From Pseudomonadota bacterium (GTDB taxonomy: Bacteria; Pseudomonadota; Gammaproteobacteria; Francisellales; CACEW01), in NCBI GenBank assembly GCA_021848625.1, contig JAJZUD010000003.1, positions 1-61,678 of the forward strand: 61,678 nucleotides of DNA. Reading direction: 5' to 3'. Under the pieces are notes generated by a model. That model had not been told where the DNA came from. It saw nothing but the letters and a program-made list of their open reading frames with translations, and made no database searches. Each line of letters starts with the position of its first letter. Positions within the stretch are counted from its first letter, which is position 1. Shown here one piece after another: positions 1 through 9,330 of the stretch. Made by a program: the position numbers and the translations under genes.

Positions 1-49
1 TATATTAAGCTTCATCCATTTATGTTAAATTTTACGAGGGTAGGGAAAA

Positions 50-949
50 ATGCATTCATCTGGAATTTCGGAATGGTGTATTAATCAAGGCACTTCGTGG
101 GAGATTTTTGAGGGTATAGTGCTAGCCAAAAATGGAGTGAGTGCTGTTTGCCGTTATCATGTTTTGTTGGCTTTTTGTTCACGTCATCATCCCAGAATGC
201 TTTGTTGCACTGGGGCGGATTTGTTTGTTAATGTTTTGGCGGAAGTTTGTAGCTCTGATTATGATCGAATGGTCGTGTTGTTAGATCGATACCAAAGAAA
301 GCGGGAAGCAAAATATCGAATTAGAAAGTCCACTACGGTGACGGTGATCAATGATATTCTGCGAGAGGGGCTTGTCTGGGGTGCGGAGAGGGTGCCAGGA
401 GTGGATGGGCGCGTCTATGATGTTCCCCGTGATGGTGATTGTTTTTTTCATGCGGTCGGTTTTGGGCTTAAAAAACAAGGAATTCCTTACCCATCCAGGC
501 TGGGTCAGCATCGGGACCTGGCACTGGATTTGCGCCAGTTTGCGGTAACGTACTTAGATCAAAGTGATGACGAGAAGATGCGTACTTTGAGAAGTCAGAC
601 GCATGAGCTCACGAGCAAAGACGGAAAGCCGATTCCTGTTGCATACGATGGTTATTGTAGCGAAATGCAAAAAAGCGGTACTTTTGTAGAGGGGGCCGTA
701 CGCGATGTTTTGGGCCACGCTTTGGGCGTACGTTTTGAAATTAGTTTGCCAGGTGGGGACAGCCCCATTCAAGCGGGGCCTGATTCAGCACATTATTGCA
801 TTCGCCTTTATCTTGAAGGCTTGCATTATCAATTTGTTGAGGAGGAAGTGGGTTTTGCTATAGCGAACCCTCTGGGTCGCGCTGAAACTTTTTTAGCTGC
901 TAAAGCCAGGACTGCCCACACTCCAGATCCACCAAAAGCGGAACTTTAA
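50..949 (+). CDS. OTU-like cysteine protease (candidate deubiquitinase/effector)
   Basis: Cys-box VYDVPRDGDCFFHAV (D-G-x-C) and His-box LYLEGLHYQ match the OTU pattern. Purine-rich RBS-like GAGGGTAGGGA lies upstream. The N-terminal ~110 aa are unrecognised. The 3' end overlaps polA by 50 bp on the opposite strand. Confidence 0.7.
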   Translation: MHSSGISEWCINQGTSWEIFEGIVLAKNGVSAVCRYHVLLAFCSRHHPRMLCCTGADLFVNVLAEVCSSDYDRMVVLLDRYQRKREAKYRIRKSTTVTVINDILREGLVWGAERVPGVDGRVYDVPRDGDCFFHAVGFGLKKQGIPYPSRLGQHRDLALDLRQFAVTYLDQSDDEKMRTLRSQTHELTSKDGKPIPVAYDGYCSEMQKSGTFVEGAVRDVLGHALGVRFEISLPGGDSPIQAGPDSAHYCIRLYLEGLHYQFVEEEVGFAIANPLGRAETFLAAKARTAHTPDPPKAEL

Positions 950-3548
950 GTGTAACAACCTGCTCCATGATCTGTTGTAATTGTTGACTGACGATCTCCT
1001 GATAGGAAGCGGGCGCTTCCACGACCAATTCATCATGGACTTGCATGATGAGATGCACATTGAGTTCCGGATGCGCATTTTGCCATTGCCAAAATTCGAT
1101 CATGGCTTTTTTAATGATATCCGCTGCAGTGCCTTGCATGGGTGCATTGATGGCTGCGCGTTCAGCCGCTTTTTTTTCTAAGATATTACGGCTGTTGATT
1201 TTAGGCAATTCCAAACGACGGCCCATCAGTGTTTCAACATAGCCTTGCTGATGTGCAAGCTCACGCGTGGCTTCCATGTACTTCAGTACGCCAGGATAGC
1301 GCTCAAAATACAGTTTGATATAGGCTTCAGCTTCTTTGCGGCTGACTTGTAATTGTTTAGCAAGGCCAAAAGCAGACATGCCGTAAATCAAACCAAAATT
1401 GACGGCTTTGGCGTGGCGACGTTGGTCAGGGGTGACCTCGGTTTCATGAATGCCCAAAACCTCTGCAGCGGTAGCGCGGTGAATATCCTTGCCTGCTTGG
1501 AAAGCGCTAATTAAGCCCGCATCACCGGATAAATGCGCCATAATGCGCAGTTCGACCTGTGAATAGTCTGCAGAAATCAGCACAGAACCAGGCGCAGCAA
1601 TAAAGGCTTTGCGAATTTTTTTGCCATCGATGGTTTTAAAAGGGATATTTTGTAGATTCGGATCGCTTGAGGAGAGGCGCCCTGTGGCCACGATGGCTTG
1701 CTGATATTGGGTATGGATACGGCCAGTTTTGGTGTGAATGAGTTCGGGTAATTTATCGGTATAAGTGTTTTTGAGTTTAGAGAGATGGCGATGCTCTAAA
1801 AGCAACTGGGGGACAGGGTGCAAGGGGGCTAAATCTTGCAAAGCCGCTTCATTGGTTGAGGGCTCACCCTTAGGGGTTTTATGGCTAATGGGCAGGGCTA
1901 GCTTTTCATACAGGACTTGAATCAATTGTTTGGGGGAATTCAAGTTAAAATTGAGGCCCACTAATTTAAAAATTTCCTCACCGATCTGATGCAACCGTGC
2001 CCCCCAGGCTTTGCTTAAATCTTGTAGAAGCGCCACATCAATCAGGACGCCATATTCTTCCATACTGGCGAGGACTTCAAACAAAGGCATTTCCAGCGTA
2101 TTAAAGACGTTTTGCAAGGCGGGATAAGCCTCTAGTTTTAAACGCATTTTCTCATAAAGTTGCCAGGTAAAATCAGCATCTTCACAAGCGTAGTGGGTGA
2201 GGTCGGCGATCGGGACTGATTCCAGAGGAATTTGTTTGCGTCCCGTGCCGACTAATTCTTCAAACTGGATGCCCTGCAAGCCTAGTTCTCGTGCCGCCAA
2301 GGAGTGCAGATCATTTTTGCTGTTGCTATTTAAAAGATAGGCGGCAAGCAAAGTGTCAAACAAAATGCCTTGCACTTCAAGGCCATGAGTATGCAAAACT
2401 TTCAAATCAAATTTGGCATTATGAGCAATTTTGCCAATCAGCGGGTCTGCAAAAATAGGTGCCAATTGGCTGAGCGCATCTTTGACAAAGACCGTATCGT
2501 GGCGCGTCGGGACAAAGTAGGCCTCATTATTTTTAAAAGAAAAGGAGATTCCAACAAGATGGGCTGACAGGGCATCAAGGCTGGTGGTTTCAGTATCAAA
2601 AGCGAAGTAGGCCTGTTGTTGTAAGCGTTTAATAAAAGATTGTAAATCTTTGCTATTGCTAATTAGGTGGTATTGCACAGAGCGCTGAGGCGTCTCTAGT
2701 ACCTCAGGATGGAGGTCCAAATATTTGAGCCAGGATTCCAAATTATATTCACGTAGGAGGGGCAGCAACAGTTCGGTTTGCGGGGCGATGGGCTTTAAGG
2801 AGGGCAGATCATGTAAATCCACTTGGGTGCGGATGGTGACCAAGTTTTTTGATAAAGGCAATTGGGGGAGATGGGCTTGTAAACTCTCTCCCACTTTGCC
2901 CCCAATTTGGGTTGCATTTTCAATTAGTGTATCGAGAGAGCCATATTCATTGAGCCATTTGGCTGCGGTTTTAGGGCCCACGCCAGGAACTCCAGGGATA
3001 TTATCACTGCTATCGCCAGTCAAGGTGAGTAAGTCAATGATTTGTGCAGCACTAACGCCAAATTTTTCGCGTAAATAGGCCTCGTCGATTTCAATATTTT
3101 TCATTGTATCGACAATGCGCACATGGGGTTGTAACAGTTGGGATAAATCTTTATCGCCAGAAATGATGAGGACTTCTTTGTTTACTGCGGCGTATTTTGT
3201 AGCTAAGCTACCAATGACATCATCCGCTTCTACGCCCGTTTTTTGATAAAGCGGAAACCCGAGGAGTTGAATGAGTTCAAAAAGCGGGCCGATTTGCACG
3301 GCTAGATCTTCAGACATGGCGCTGCGATTGGCTTTGTATTCGGGGTAGAGTTCGTGGCGAAAATTTTTACCCTTAGCGTCAAATACAATGAGTATTTCAT
3401 CATGAGCAAATTCTTCTCGTAGTTTGCGTAGCATATTCAAGACACCAAAAATAGCACCTGTGGGAAAGCCATTTTTATTGGTTAGATGAGGCAGGGCATG
3501 GTAGGCACGAAACAAATAGGATGAGCCATCAACAAGCAAAAGGGGCAT
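900..3548 (-). CDS. polA: DNA polymerase I
   Basis: 5'-3' exonuclease N-terminus LLLVDGSSYLFRAYHA, ExoI AFDTETT, motif A SADYSQVELR, motif B RRHAKAVNFGLIYG, motif C QVHDELV. Confidence 0.99.
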   Translation of the reverse strand: MPLLLVDGSSYLFRAYHALPHLTNKNGFPTGAIFGVLNMLRKLREEFAHDEILIVFDAKGKNFRHELYPEYKANRSAMSEDLAVQIGPLFELIQLLGFPLYQKTGVEADDVIGSLATKYAAVNKEVLIISGDKDLSQLLQPHVRIVDTMKNIEIDEAYLREKFGVSAAQIIDLLTLTGDSSDNIPGVPGVGPKTAAKWLNEYGSLDTLIENATQIGGKVGESLQAHLPQLPLSKNLVTIRTQVDLHDLPSLKPIAPQTELLLPLLREYNLESWLKYLDLHPEVLETPQRSVQYHLISNSKDLQSFIKRLQQQAYFAFDTETTSLDALSAHLVGISFSFKNNEAYFVPTRHDTVFVKDALSQLAPIFADPLIGKIAHNAKFDLKVLHTHGLEVQGILFDTLLAAYLLNSNSKNDLHSLAARELGLQGIQFEELVGTGRKQIPLESVPIADLTHYACEDADFTWQLYEKMRLKLEAYPALQNVFNTLEMPLFEVLASMEEYGVLIDVALLQDLSKAWGARLHQIGEEIFKLVGLNFNLNSPKQLIQVLYEKLALPISHKTPKGEPSTNEAALQDLAPLHPVPQLLLEHRHLSKLKNTYTDKLPELIHTKTGRIHTQYQQAIVATGRLSSSDPNLQNIPFKTIDGKKIRKAFIAAPGSVLISADYSQVELRIMAHLSGDAGLISAFQAGKDIHRATAAEVLGIHETEVTPDQRRHAKAVNFGLIYGMSAFGLAKQLQVSRKEAEAYIKLYFERYPGVLKYMEATRELAHQQGYVETLMGRRLELPKINSRNILEKKAAERAAINAPMQGTAADIIKKAMIEFWQWQNAHPELNVHLIMQVHDELVVEAPASYQEIVSQQLQQIMEQVVTLKVPLLVDLECGQSWL

Positions 3549-3605
3549 GGTTTTCAGCTTAGAAAGACATGCCCCAGTGTAAGAAAGATTGCCAATTTAT
3601 GCAAT

Positions 3606-5810
3606 CTAGCTATTGCTGTTTAAAAAGGCTTTTGCAAAGTCACCTACATTGCTTTGGGCGTTGGTTCCATTCGAGGCACCGCTGCAAGTTGGGCTTGCCC
3701 ATTGGCCATTACAAGGCACATCGCGTGCTTGCGACCACATGGAGGTCATGCTCAAACCTTTTTGGCTCGCATAGGCAGCAACGGCTCGTGCGTCTTGGAG
3801 GGTAAAGAATTCTCCAGCCACATCATTCACCCCAATCATCGGGGTCACTTGAATCATGTTGTAGAGTTCTACACTAGATTTGCTATTGCCATAGATCGTT
3901 GCCAATTGTGCTTCAAGGGCATCAATGGCTTGGATGGCGTATTGTCCCATGTCGCTCGCATAGCTTGGGCCATAATCCATCGCCATGATGTTGACTTTAA
4001 AGTTCAAGCCAGCATTTTTGGCTTTTTGAATTACATCTAAGCCATTGGCGGTGAGACCGTCAGGCATCACAGGCAGCGTGAAGCTGATCGGTAAGGTCGG
4101 ATATTGCGCTTGGATTTTGACGAGCGCATTGATGATATTCTGATAGGCTGTTGGGTTTGCCACCAATTGGCCTTCAATATCAAAGTCCAAGCCTTGCGGA
4201 TTATAGCTTGTAATCACATTTTGATAAGCCGCAACCAAAGCGCTGTTAGAACAGTTTTGTGAAATATCCGTTCCATTGGCGCCCCCAAAGGCAATAATGG
4301 TGGCGACATTTTGGCTATGGATATTGCTAAACCATGCATAACCCCAGGCGCTACTACCCCCTGTTGCAGGCATAGAGCTAATTCCAGCCCAGGCGGGTAC
4401 ACATTGTCCAGCATCGGTGATAAAAGCAGTGTGTAGACTTTTTACCCCAGTGGTTTGCAGATAGGAGCTTAAATTACCAGGCTGATTAGCGTTCCAATCG
4501 GCATTCACGGTGGTATCAAAGTAAGGGCTAAAACTGACCCCTGCGCTGGCACTATAGGCCGCATTCACACTGACGGTTGCCCCAGTGCTCACAACGAATT
4601 GAGCTGGATTGACTGCGGCAAAGTAGTTTTGACCATTGATCGATAGGTTCCCTGCGCTAACGGAGTAAGTCCCTGTCGGAAGATTATTACTCACATTACC
4701 ATTGCTGAGGGTAAAACTATACACTTGGGCTGCATTATTGAGATTAGAGAATGAGAGGGAGGTAGCCTGACCACTTGGCAAGCCACTCACGCTCATTTTG
4801 ACAGTTCCTGTGGGCAGGGAGGTGGTCGTGTAGCTGATCTGTACGTTTTGCCCCGCAGTGCCCACTTTAAATTGGCTAGGGCTAAAATTAAATTGATAGC
4901 TTTTGTATAAACCAGTCAAATTACTTGCAGCAAGGCTGATATTATCACCCACAATCACCGCAACAGGAAGCGTTTGACCCCAGGAGACCGCTACAGATTG
5001 CGTGCTATTACGGGTGGTGTCTGTGAGTGTGACAGGCACCTGCGCAGCCACATTATCATTGGGTTTTGCAGTCATGTTTAAATTGACATTGACCATCGTG
5101 ACCACAGGCACGGTGACGCTTACCGCTTGTGCAGTATGACTGCTGCTGAGCGTCACCACAGTGGGGCTAAAACTCAAAGGAATTTGTGTTGCCCCGCTGA
5201 GATAATAACCGCTCAATTGATAGGTATCAAAGGCCAATCCATTCATGGTGTATTGGCTGCCATTAAAGCTATTTTGCAGTGTGTATTGATTGGTACTGCC
5301 TGTCAGTTTAATAACCGTTGAACTGGGGAGTGTGCTGTTGGCGCTAAATGAAATCGATCCCGTATTCACCACAGGAGATCCAGTGGTCACAAGGCTGAGA
5401 TTATTCACTACAAACAAGCTTGGGTCTGTAGAGGGTGAAAAAGTGATGTTTGTGGATTGGCCTGCAGCCAATTGCTGATTGACAAGGCTTGCCCAACTAC
5501 CAAATTGGTAGGTATAGCTATATTGATAGCTAGCTCCATTTTGACCCAAACTGGTCAATGTCGCATTAGTGGGGTAAGAGAGGCCGCTGAATCCCCAAAC
5601 ACTGTTGCTATTGAGCGCAGCATTAGTGCTGAAATAAACGGTTGCGCCGGCTAAATTGAGTGGCGTAGCACAGCTGTTTTTGATGTTAATATTATAATTC
5701 CATCCCGATGTGGTGCTGAGTTGTGCACAAGGATTGCTCGTGAGTGCGCTGAGGGAGGCAGTAGATGCGAAGCTTACACACAACAAAGCTACAATGCTGA
5801 GCTTTTTCAT
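3606..5810 (-). CDS. Secreted multidomain GH18 chitinase (N-terminal carbohydrate-binding/Ig-like beta domains, C-terminal catalytic domain)
   Basis: Signal peptide MKKLSIVALLCVSFASTA. Catalytic DxDxE in GLDFDIEG, plus FSPYFD, VNIMAMDYG, VTPMIGVND and SMWSQARD. The N-terminal ~420 aa are S/T/N-rich and beta-strand-like. Confidence 0.9.
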   Translation of the reverse strand: MKKLSIVALLCVSFASTASLSALTSNPCAQLSTTSGWNYNINIKNSCATPLNLAGATVYFSTNAALNSNSVWGFSGLSYPTNATLTSLGQNGASYQYSYTYQFGSWASLVNQQLAAGQSTNITFSPSTDPSLFVVNNLSLVTTGSPVVNTGSISFSANSTLPSSTVIKLTGSTNQYTLQNSFNGSQYTMNGLAFDTYQLSGYYLSGATQIPLSFSPTVVTLSSSHTAQAVSVTVPVVTMVNVNLNMTAKPNDNVAAQVPVTLTDTTRNSTQSVAVSWGQTLPVAVIVGDNISLAASNLTGLYKSYQFNFSPSQFKVGTAGQNVQISYTTTSLPTGTVKMSVSGLPSGQATSLSFSNLNNAAQVYSFTLSNGNVSNNLPTGTYSVSAGNLSINGQNYFAAVNPAQFVVSTGATVSVNAAYSASAGVSFSPYFDTTVNADWNANQPGNLSSYLQTTGVKSLHTAFITDAGQCVPAWAGISSMPATGGSSAWGYAWFSNIHSQNVATIIAFGGANGTDISQNCSNSALVAAYQNVITSYNPQGLDFDIEGQLVANPTAYQNIINALVKIQAQYPTLPISFTLPVMPDGLTANGLDVIQKAKNAGLNFKVNIMAMDYGPSYASDMGQYAIQAIDALEAQLATIYGNSKSSVELYNMIQVTPMIGVNDVAGEFFTLQDARAVAAYASQKGLSMTSMWSQARDVPCNGQWASPTCSGASNGTNAQSNVGDFAKAFLNSNS

Positions 5811-6005
5811 GATGAACTCCTGATTATTTTTGACGTTATTTTTATAATAACATTACAATTATACTGCTATTTAAAATAAAAGTATAGCATATAAATGTGA
5901 TTTTGATTAAAAACGGAGTGAGGCAGTGATCCCTGTTGTACGATTATCAGTAGAAATTATTGAGAAATACGCTATAATGCTCCAAAGAGTTGAAAATAGT
6001 TGATA

Positions 6006-6539
6006 ATGTTTCGAAAGCTGTTATGCGGTAAAGCCTTATTTGTCTACGGTTTATTTTTGATGTTGTTGGGTCTCGGAATTGCCTTGTATTACCAATTCTT
6101 CCAAGGGTTTGAGCCCTGTTCCCTTTGCGTATTTCAGCGCGTTGCTTATATTGCGTATGGTCTCATTGCCTTAATTGCGATTATTCATAACCCCACCAGT
6201 TGGGGTGCGCGCTTTTACGCTTTTTTTCAAATCCCTGTGCTGATTGCTGGGTTAAGTGTAGCACTGCGTCAAGTCTATTTGCAGGATTTGCCTGCAGGGC
6301 AAGTGGCGACCTGCGGTCCTGGGCTTAATTTCCTGTTGCAGGAATTTTCGCTGAGTCATGTCGCGCAAGTAGTTTGGGCTGGTTCTAGCGATTGTGCTAT
6401 TGTTACATGGCGCTTTTGGGGCTTAAGCATGGCCAGTTGGTCTGCAGTGTTGTTTGCGGTCTTATTGATTTTGGCGATTTTTACGCTCTTGAAAAATTAT
6501 GCCATCGTGAAATCAAAGAAAAAGGGGCACACACCATGA
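6006..6539 (+). CDS. dsbB: Disulfide bond formation protein B
   Basis: EPCSLCVFQR (CxxC), second Cys pair TCGPG...SDCA, four TM segments. ATG at 6006 (alternative TTG at 6000). Confidence 0.93.
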   Translation: MFRKLLCGKALFVYGLFLMLLGLGIALYYQFFQGFEPCSLCVFQRVAYIAYGLIALIAIIHNPTSWGARFYAFFQIPVLIAGLSVALRQVYLQDLPAGQVATCGPGLNFLLQEFSLSHVAQVVWAGSSDCAIVTWRFWGLSMASWSAVLFAVLLILAIFTLLKNYAIVKSKKKGHTP

Positions 6540-7327
6540 TTTTCTTATATTTACTGATTGGCGCGGCAACGGGTTTATTGTCTGGTTTGCTCGGCGTGGG
6601 GGGCGGGGTTATTATTGTTCCTGCTTTTTTTTGGGTCTTTTATACGATTCACTTGCCTTTGACCTTCGCCATGCATTTTGCAATTGCGGGTTCTTTAGCG
6701 GTGATGGCATTAACTTCTTTAGTTGCGGCTTTTTTTCATTATCACCGCGGCAATGTAGAGTTAAGTTTGATCAAAAAATTGCTCCCTGGGATGGTTCTAG
6801 GGGTTTTGCTTGGATCTAATTTAGCCGCAATGGCAAAAACCTCTCTTTTGGAGCTGCTGTTTGGCATTTTGCTCTTGGTGATTGCATTTCGTTTGTTTTT
6901 TGTTCGCCAAAAGATTGCGCAAGAAGGGCAAGTGATTCATTTACCGGGTTGGTTAACTCTTTCTCTTATTATGGTTGTAGTTGGCTTGTGTGCAGGATTG
7001 CTTGGTGTCGGTGGTGGGGTTTTAATTATTCCTGTATTGACTGCTTTTGGCATCAGCATGCATAAAGCAGCTGGGGTTTCAGCAAGTTTGATTGTGCCCG
7101 TGGCCCTGATTGGGGCACTTAATTTTATGCTCCTTGGTGTGCGAGATCATGTGCATTTTATGCATTCAACGGGCTATCTGTACTGGCCTGCGATTCTGCT
7201 CACTGTTATTGGAGGGGCGATTTTCGCGCCACTGGGCACTGCCTTAGGTGCGCGTTTTCATCATGAAGTTTTAAAGAAAATCTATGCAGTTTTATTATTT
7301 TTGATTGGCTTACATTTTTTACTTTAG
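6536..7327 (+). CDS. TSUP family (TauE/SafE) membrane transporter
   Basis: Duplicated GLLGVGGG motif in two halves, about 8 TMs. Start moved to ATG 6536, which overlaps the dsbB stop (ATGA). Confidence 0.88.
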   Translation: MIFLYLLIGAATGLLSGLLGVGGGVIIVPAFFWVFYTIHLPLTFAMHFAIAGSLAVMALTSLVAAFFHYHRGNVELSLIKKLLPGMVLGVLLGSNLAAMAKTSLLELLFGILLLVIAFRLFFVRQKIAQEGQVIHLPGWLTLSLIMVVVGLCAGLLGVGGGVLIIPVLTAFGISMHKAAGVSASLIVPVALIGALNFMLLGVRDHVHFMHSTGYLYWPAILLTVIGGAIFAPLGTALGARFHHEVLKKIYAVLLFLIGLHFLL

Positions 7328-8368
7328 CAGAGTTTGAATTTTCAGATCATGTCCCAAGACTTCAGCCCGAAGGGGGAGGAGTGCTTGCTTGTGTTTGCCT
7401 GCTGCAATAATCCAAGGCGTGAGGTAGGTGACCACCTCATCGATCAGCGCATCTTGGAAAAAAGCGTTTAATAATTTACGCCCTCCCTCAACCAGTACGC
7501 TCATGATCTCCTCTGCACCCAAAAGGCGTACTACGGCATGTAAGTCCAATAAAGCCCCTTGGGTAGGACAGGCGAAAATACGTGTAGTATTGGGCGAAAA
7601 GCGTTGACAGGCTTCAGTATAGCGCGTTTCATCGCAAAATAGCCAGGTTTGACCTGGTAACTCTCCATTGAAGAGGCGCAAGTCTGGAGATAAGTTGGCG
7701 CACGTATTGAGGACAATGCGTTGAGGCTGACGTGCGTTGTGTCCACCATGACGTACTGTTAATGAAGGATTATCCATTGCAGCGGTTACTGAACCAATGA
7801 GAATGGCTGGGTGTTGTCTGCGTAAGTCATGTAAATCCACCAAGCTTTCATGCCCAGACAGTAGGCGATCGTCATGAGGGTGCACACTCATCTGTCCATC
7901 CAAAGACATTGCCCATTTGCCAACAAGATAAGGCCTCTTTTGCGTGATATAGTGAAAAAAAGCACGATTAAGATGTCGCGCAGCACTCTCCTCCAAGCCA
8001 ACATTGACCTCAATGCCTGCAGCCTTCAACGCTTGTACCCCTTGGCCCGCAACAAGTGGATTGGGGTCTAAAGTAGCAATAAAGACGGTTTTAATTTTCG
8101 CAGCGATCAGTGCCTCACTGCAGGGGGGAGTTCGGCCAAAATGACAGCAGGGCTCGAGATTAATATACAAACTGGCGCCCTCTGCTGCAGCCCCTGCATC
8201 CTGTAGAGCAAGGATCTCGGCATGAGCTTCACCTGCTTTTTGATGAAACCCTTGACCGACAATGTGGTTGTTTTGCACCAAAACTGCACCGACCATCGGA
8301 TTGGGCTGAGTGCTGTAACGGCCTTGCAGAGCCAGTTCTAACGCTTTTTGCATAAAATAGGGATTCAT
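7319..8368 (-). CDS. ribD: Bifunctional pyrimidine deaminase/reductase of riboflavin synthesis
   Basis: PNPMVGAV, HAE and LEPCCHFGRTPPC Zn motifs; reductase motifs SLDG, DNPSLTVR, VLVEGG. ATG 8368 overlaps the TerC-family stop (ATGA). Confidence 0.95.
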   Translation of the reverse strand: MNPYFMQKALELALQGRYSTQPNPMVGAVLVQNNHIVGQGFHQKAGEAHAEILALQDAGAAAEGASLYINLEPCCHFGRTPPCSEALIAAKIKTVFIATLDPNPLVAGQGVQALKAAGIEVNVGLEESAARHLNRAFFHYITQKRPYLVGKWAMSLDGQMSVHPHDDRLLSGHESLVDLHDLRRQHPAILIGSVTAAMDNPSLTVRHGGHNARQPQRIVLNTCANLSPDLRLFNGELPGQTWLFCDETRYTEACQRFSPNTTRIFACPTQGALLDLHAVVRLLGAEEIMSVLVEGGRKLLNAFFQDALIDEVVTYLTPWIIAAGKHKQALLPLRAEVLGHDLKIQTLLK

Positions 8369-9321
8369 GGGCATTTTGCTTTTTGTGGGAAGACTAAGCT
8401 GAGCATAACACTGCCAAGCAAAATTAAAAAGACGCTGAGCAAGGTCACCACAGCGGGCAATTGATAAAAAGGCTCCAGCAGCAATTTCACGCCGATTAAG
8501 ACAAGGATCAGGGCGAGGCCATAATGCAAATAGGCAAAGCGTTGCAATAAGCCTGCCAGAACAAAATACAAAGAACGCAATCCCAGAATGGCAAAGACAT
8601 TCGAACTAAAAATAATAAAAGGATCCTGAGTGATCGCAAAAATAGCAGGAATGCTATCCGTTGCGAAAGCCAAGTCAGAAAACTCAATTAAAATAAGCAC
8701 CAAAAAAAGCGGGGTTACTGCCAATAAGTCTTTTTCTTTAACAAAAAAACGCTCGCCATGCAAAGTTGCAGTCACGCGCAAATATTGACGACAGAGGCGC
8801 ATCAGCACGCTTTCTTGTAAGGGATGATGGGTGTTTTTGCTCAACGCCATTTTGATCCCTGTGAATAACAGAAAAAGACCGAATAAGTATAAAATCCAAG
8901 AAAATTCATGCACCAGTGTTGCCCCTAAGGCAATCATGATACCTCTTAAAATAATGGCCCCCAAAATCCCATAGGTAAAAACGCGTTTTTGCAAAGCAGG
9001 AGGAATTTGGAATGCATTAAAAATCATCAAGAAAATAAATAGATTATCCACTGATAAAGACTTTTCAACCAAATAGCCTGTGAGAAAATTTAAAGCATTT
9101 TCATTGGCAATGACACTGTCTTGAGTTTGATTGAGATAAACCCAGAGGATCAAGTTAAACAATAGGGCAAGGAGAATCCAAAATAAGCTCAAGCTCAGCG
9201 CTTTTTTCATCCCCATGATTTGGGCTTTACGTCCGCCAAAAGCAAATAGGTCTAAAGCTAACAGGCAGCACACAAATAAGACAAAACCAATCCATAAAGC
9301 GCTATCGGCAACAGAAGGCAT
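8365..9321 (-). CDS. TerC/Alx family metal-homeostasis membrane protein
   Basis: YLVEKSLSVDNLFIF, DLAFATDSIPAIFAIT and SNVFAILGLRSLYF motifs. Confidence 0.93.
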   Translation of the reverse strand: MPSVADSALWIGFVLFVCCLLALDLFAFGGRKAQIMGMKKALSLSLFWILLALLFNLILWVYLNQTQDSVIANENALNFLTGYLVEKSLSVDNLFIFLMIFNAFQIPPALQKRVFTYGILGAIILRGIMIALGATLVHEFSWILYLFGLFLLFTGIKMALSKNTHHPLQESVLMRLCRQYLRVTATLHGERFFVKEKDLLAVTPLFLVLILIEFSDLAFATDSIPAIFAITQDPFIIFSSNVFAILGLRSLYFVLAGLLQRFAYLHYGLALILVLIGVKLLLEPFYQLPAVVTLLSVFLILLGSVMLSLVFPQKAKCP

Positions 9322-9330
9322 GAGGATCTC

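Noticed and set aside
6392-6535. Long upstream extensions in the ORF track (TSUP; also rpsB, pyrH, yceD, fabD, aspS)
   Set aside because: Downstream starts have RBSs or stop/start coupling and match the family N-termini, so the starts were moved.
9322-9330. yybP-ykoY (Mn) riboswitch before the TerC/Alx gene; likewise FMN, TPP or fluoride riboswitches before ribD, the ABC pair and crcB
   Set aside because: These intergenic gaps are at most 9 bp or are overlaps, leaving no room for leaders.
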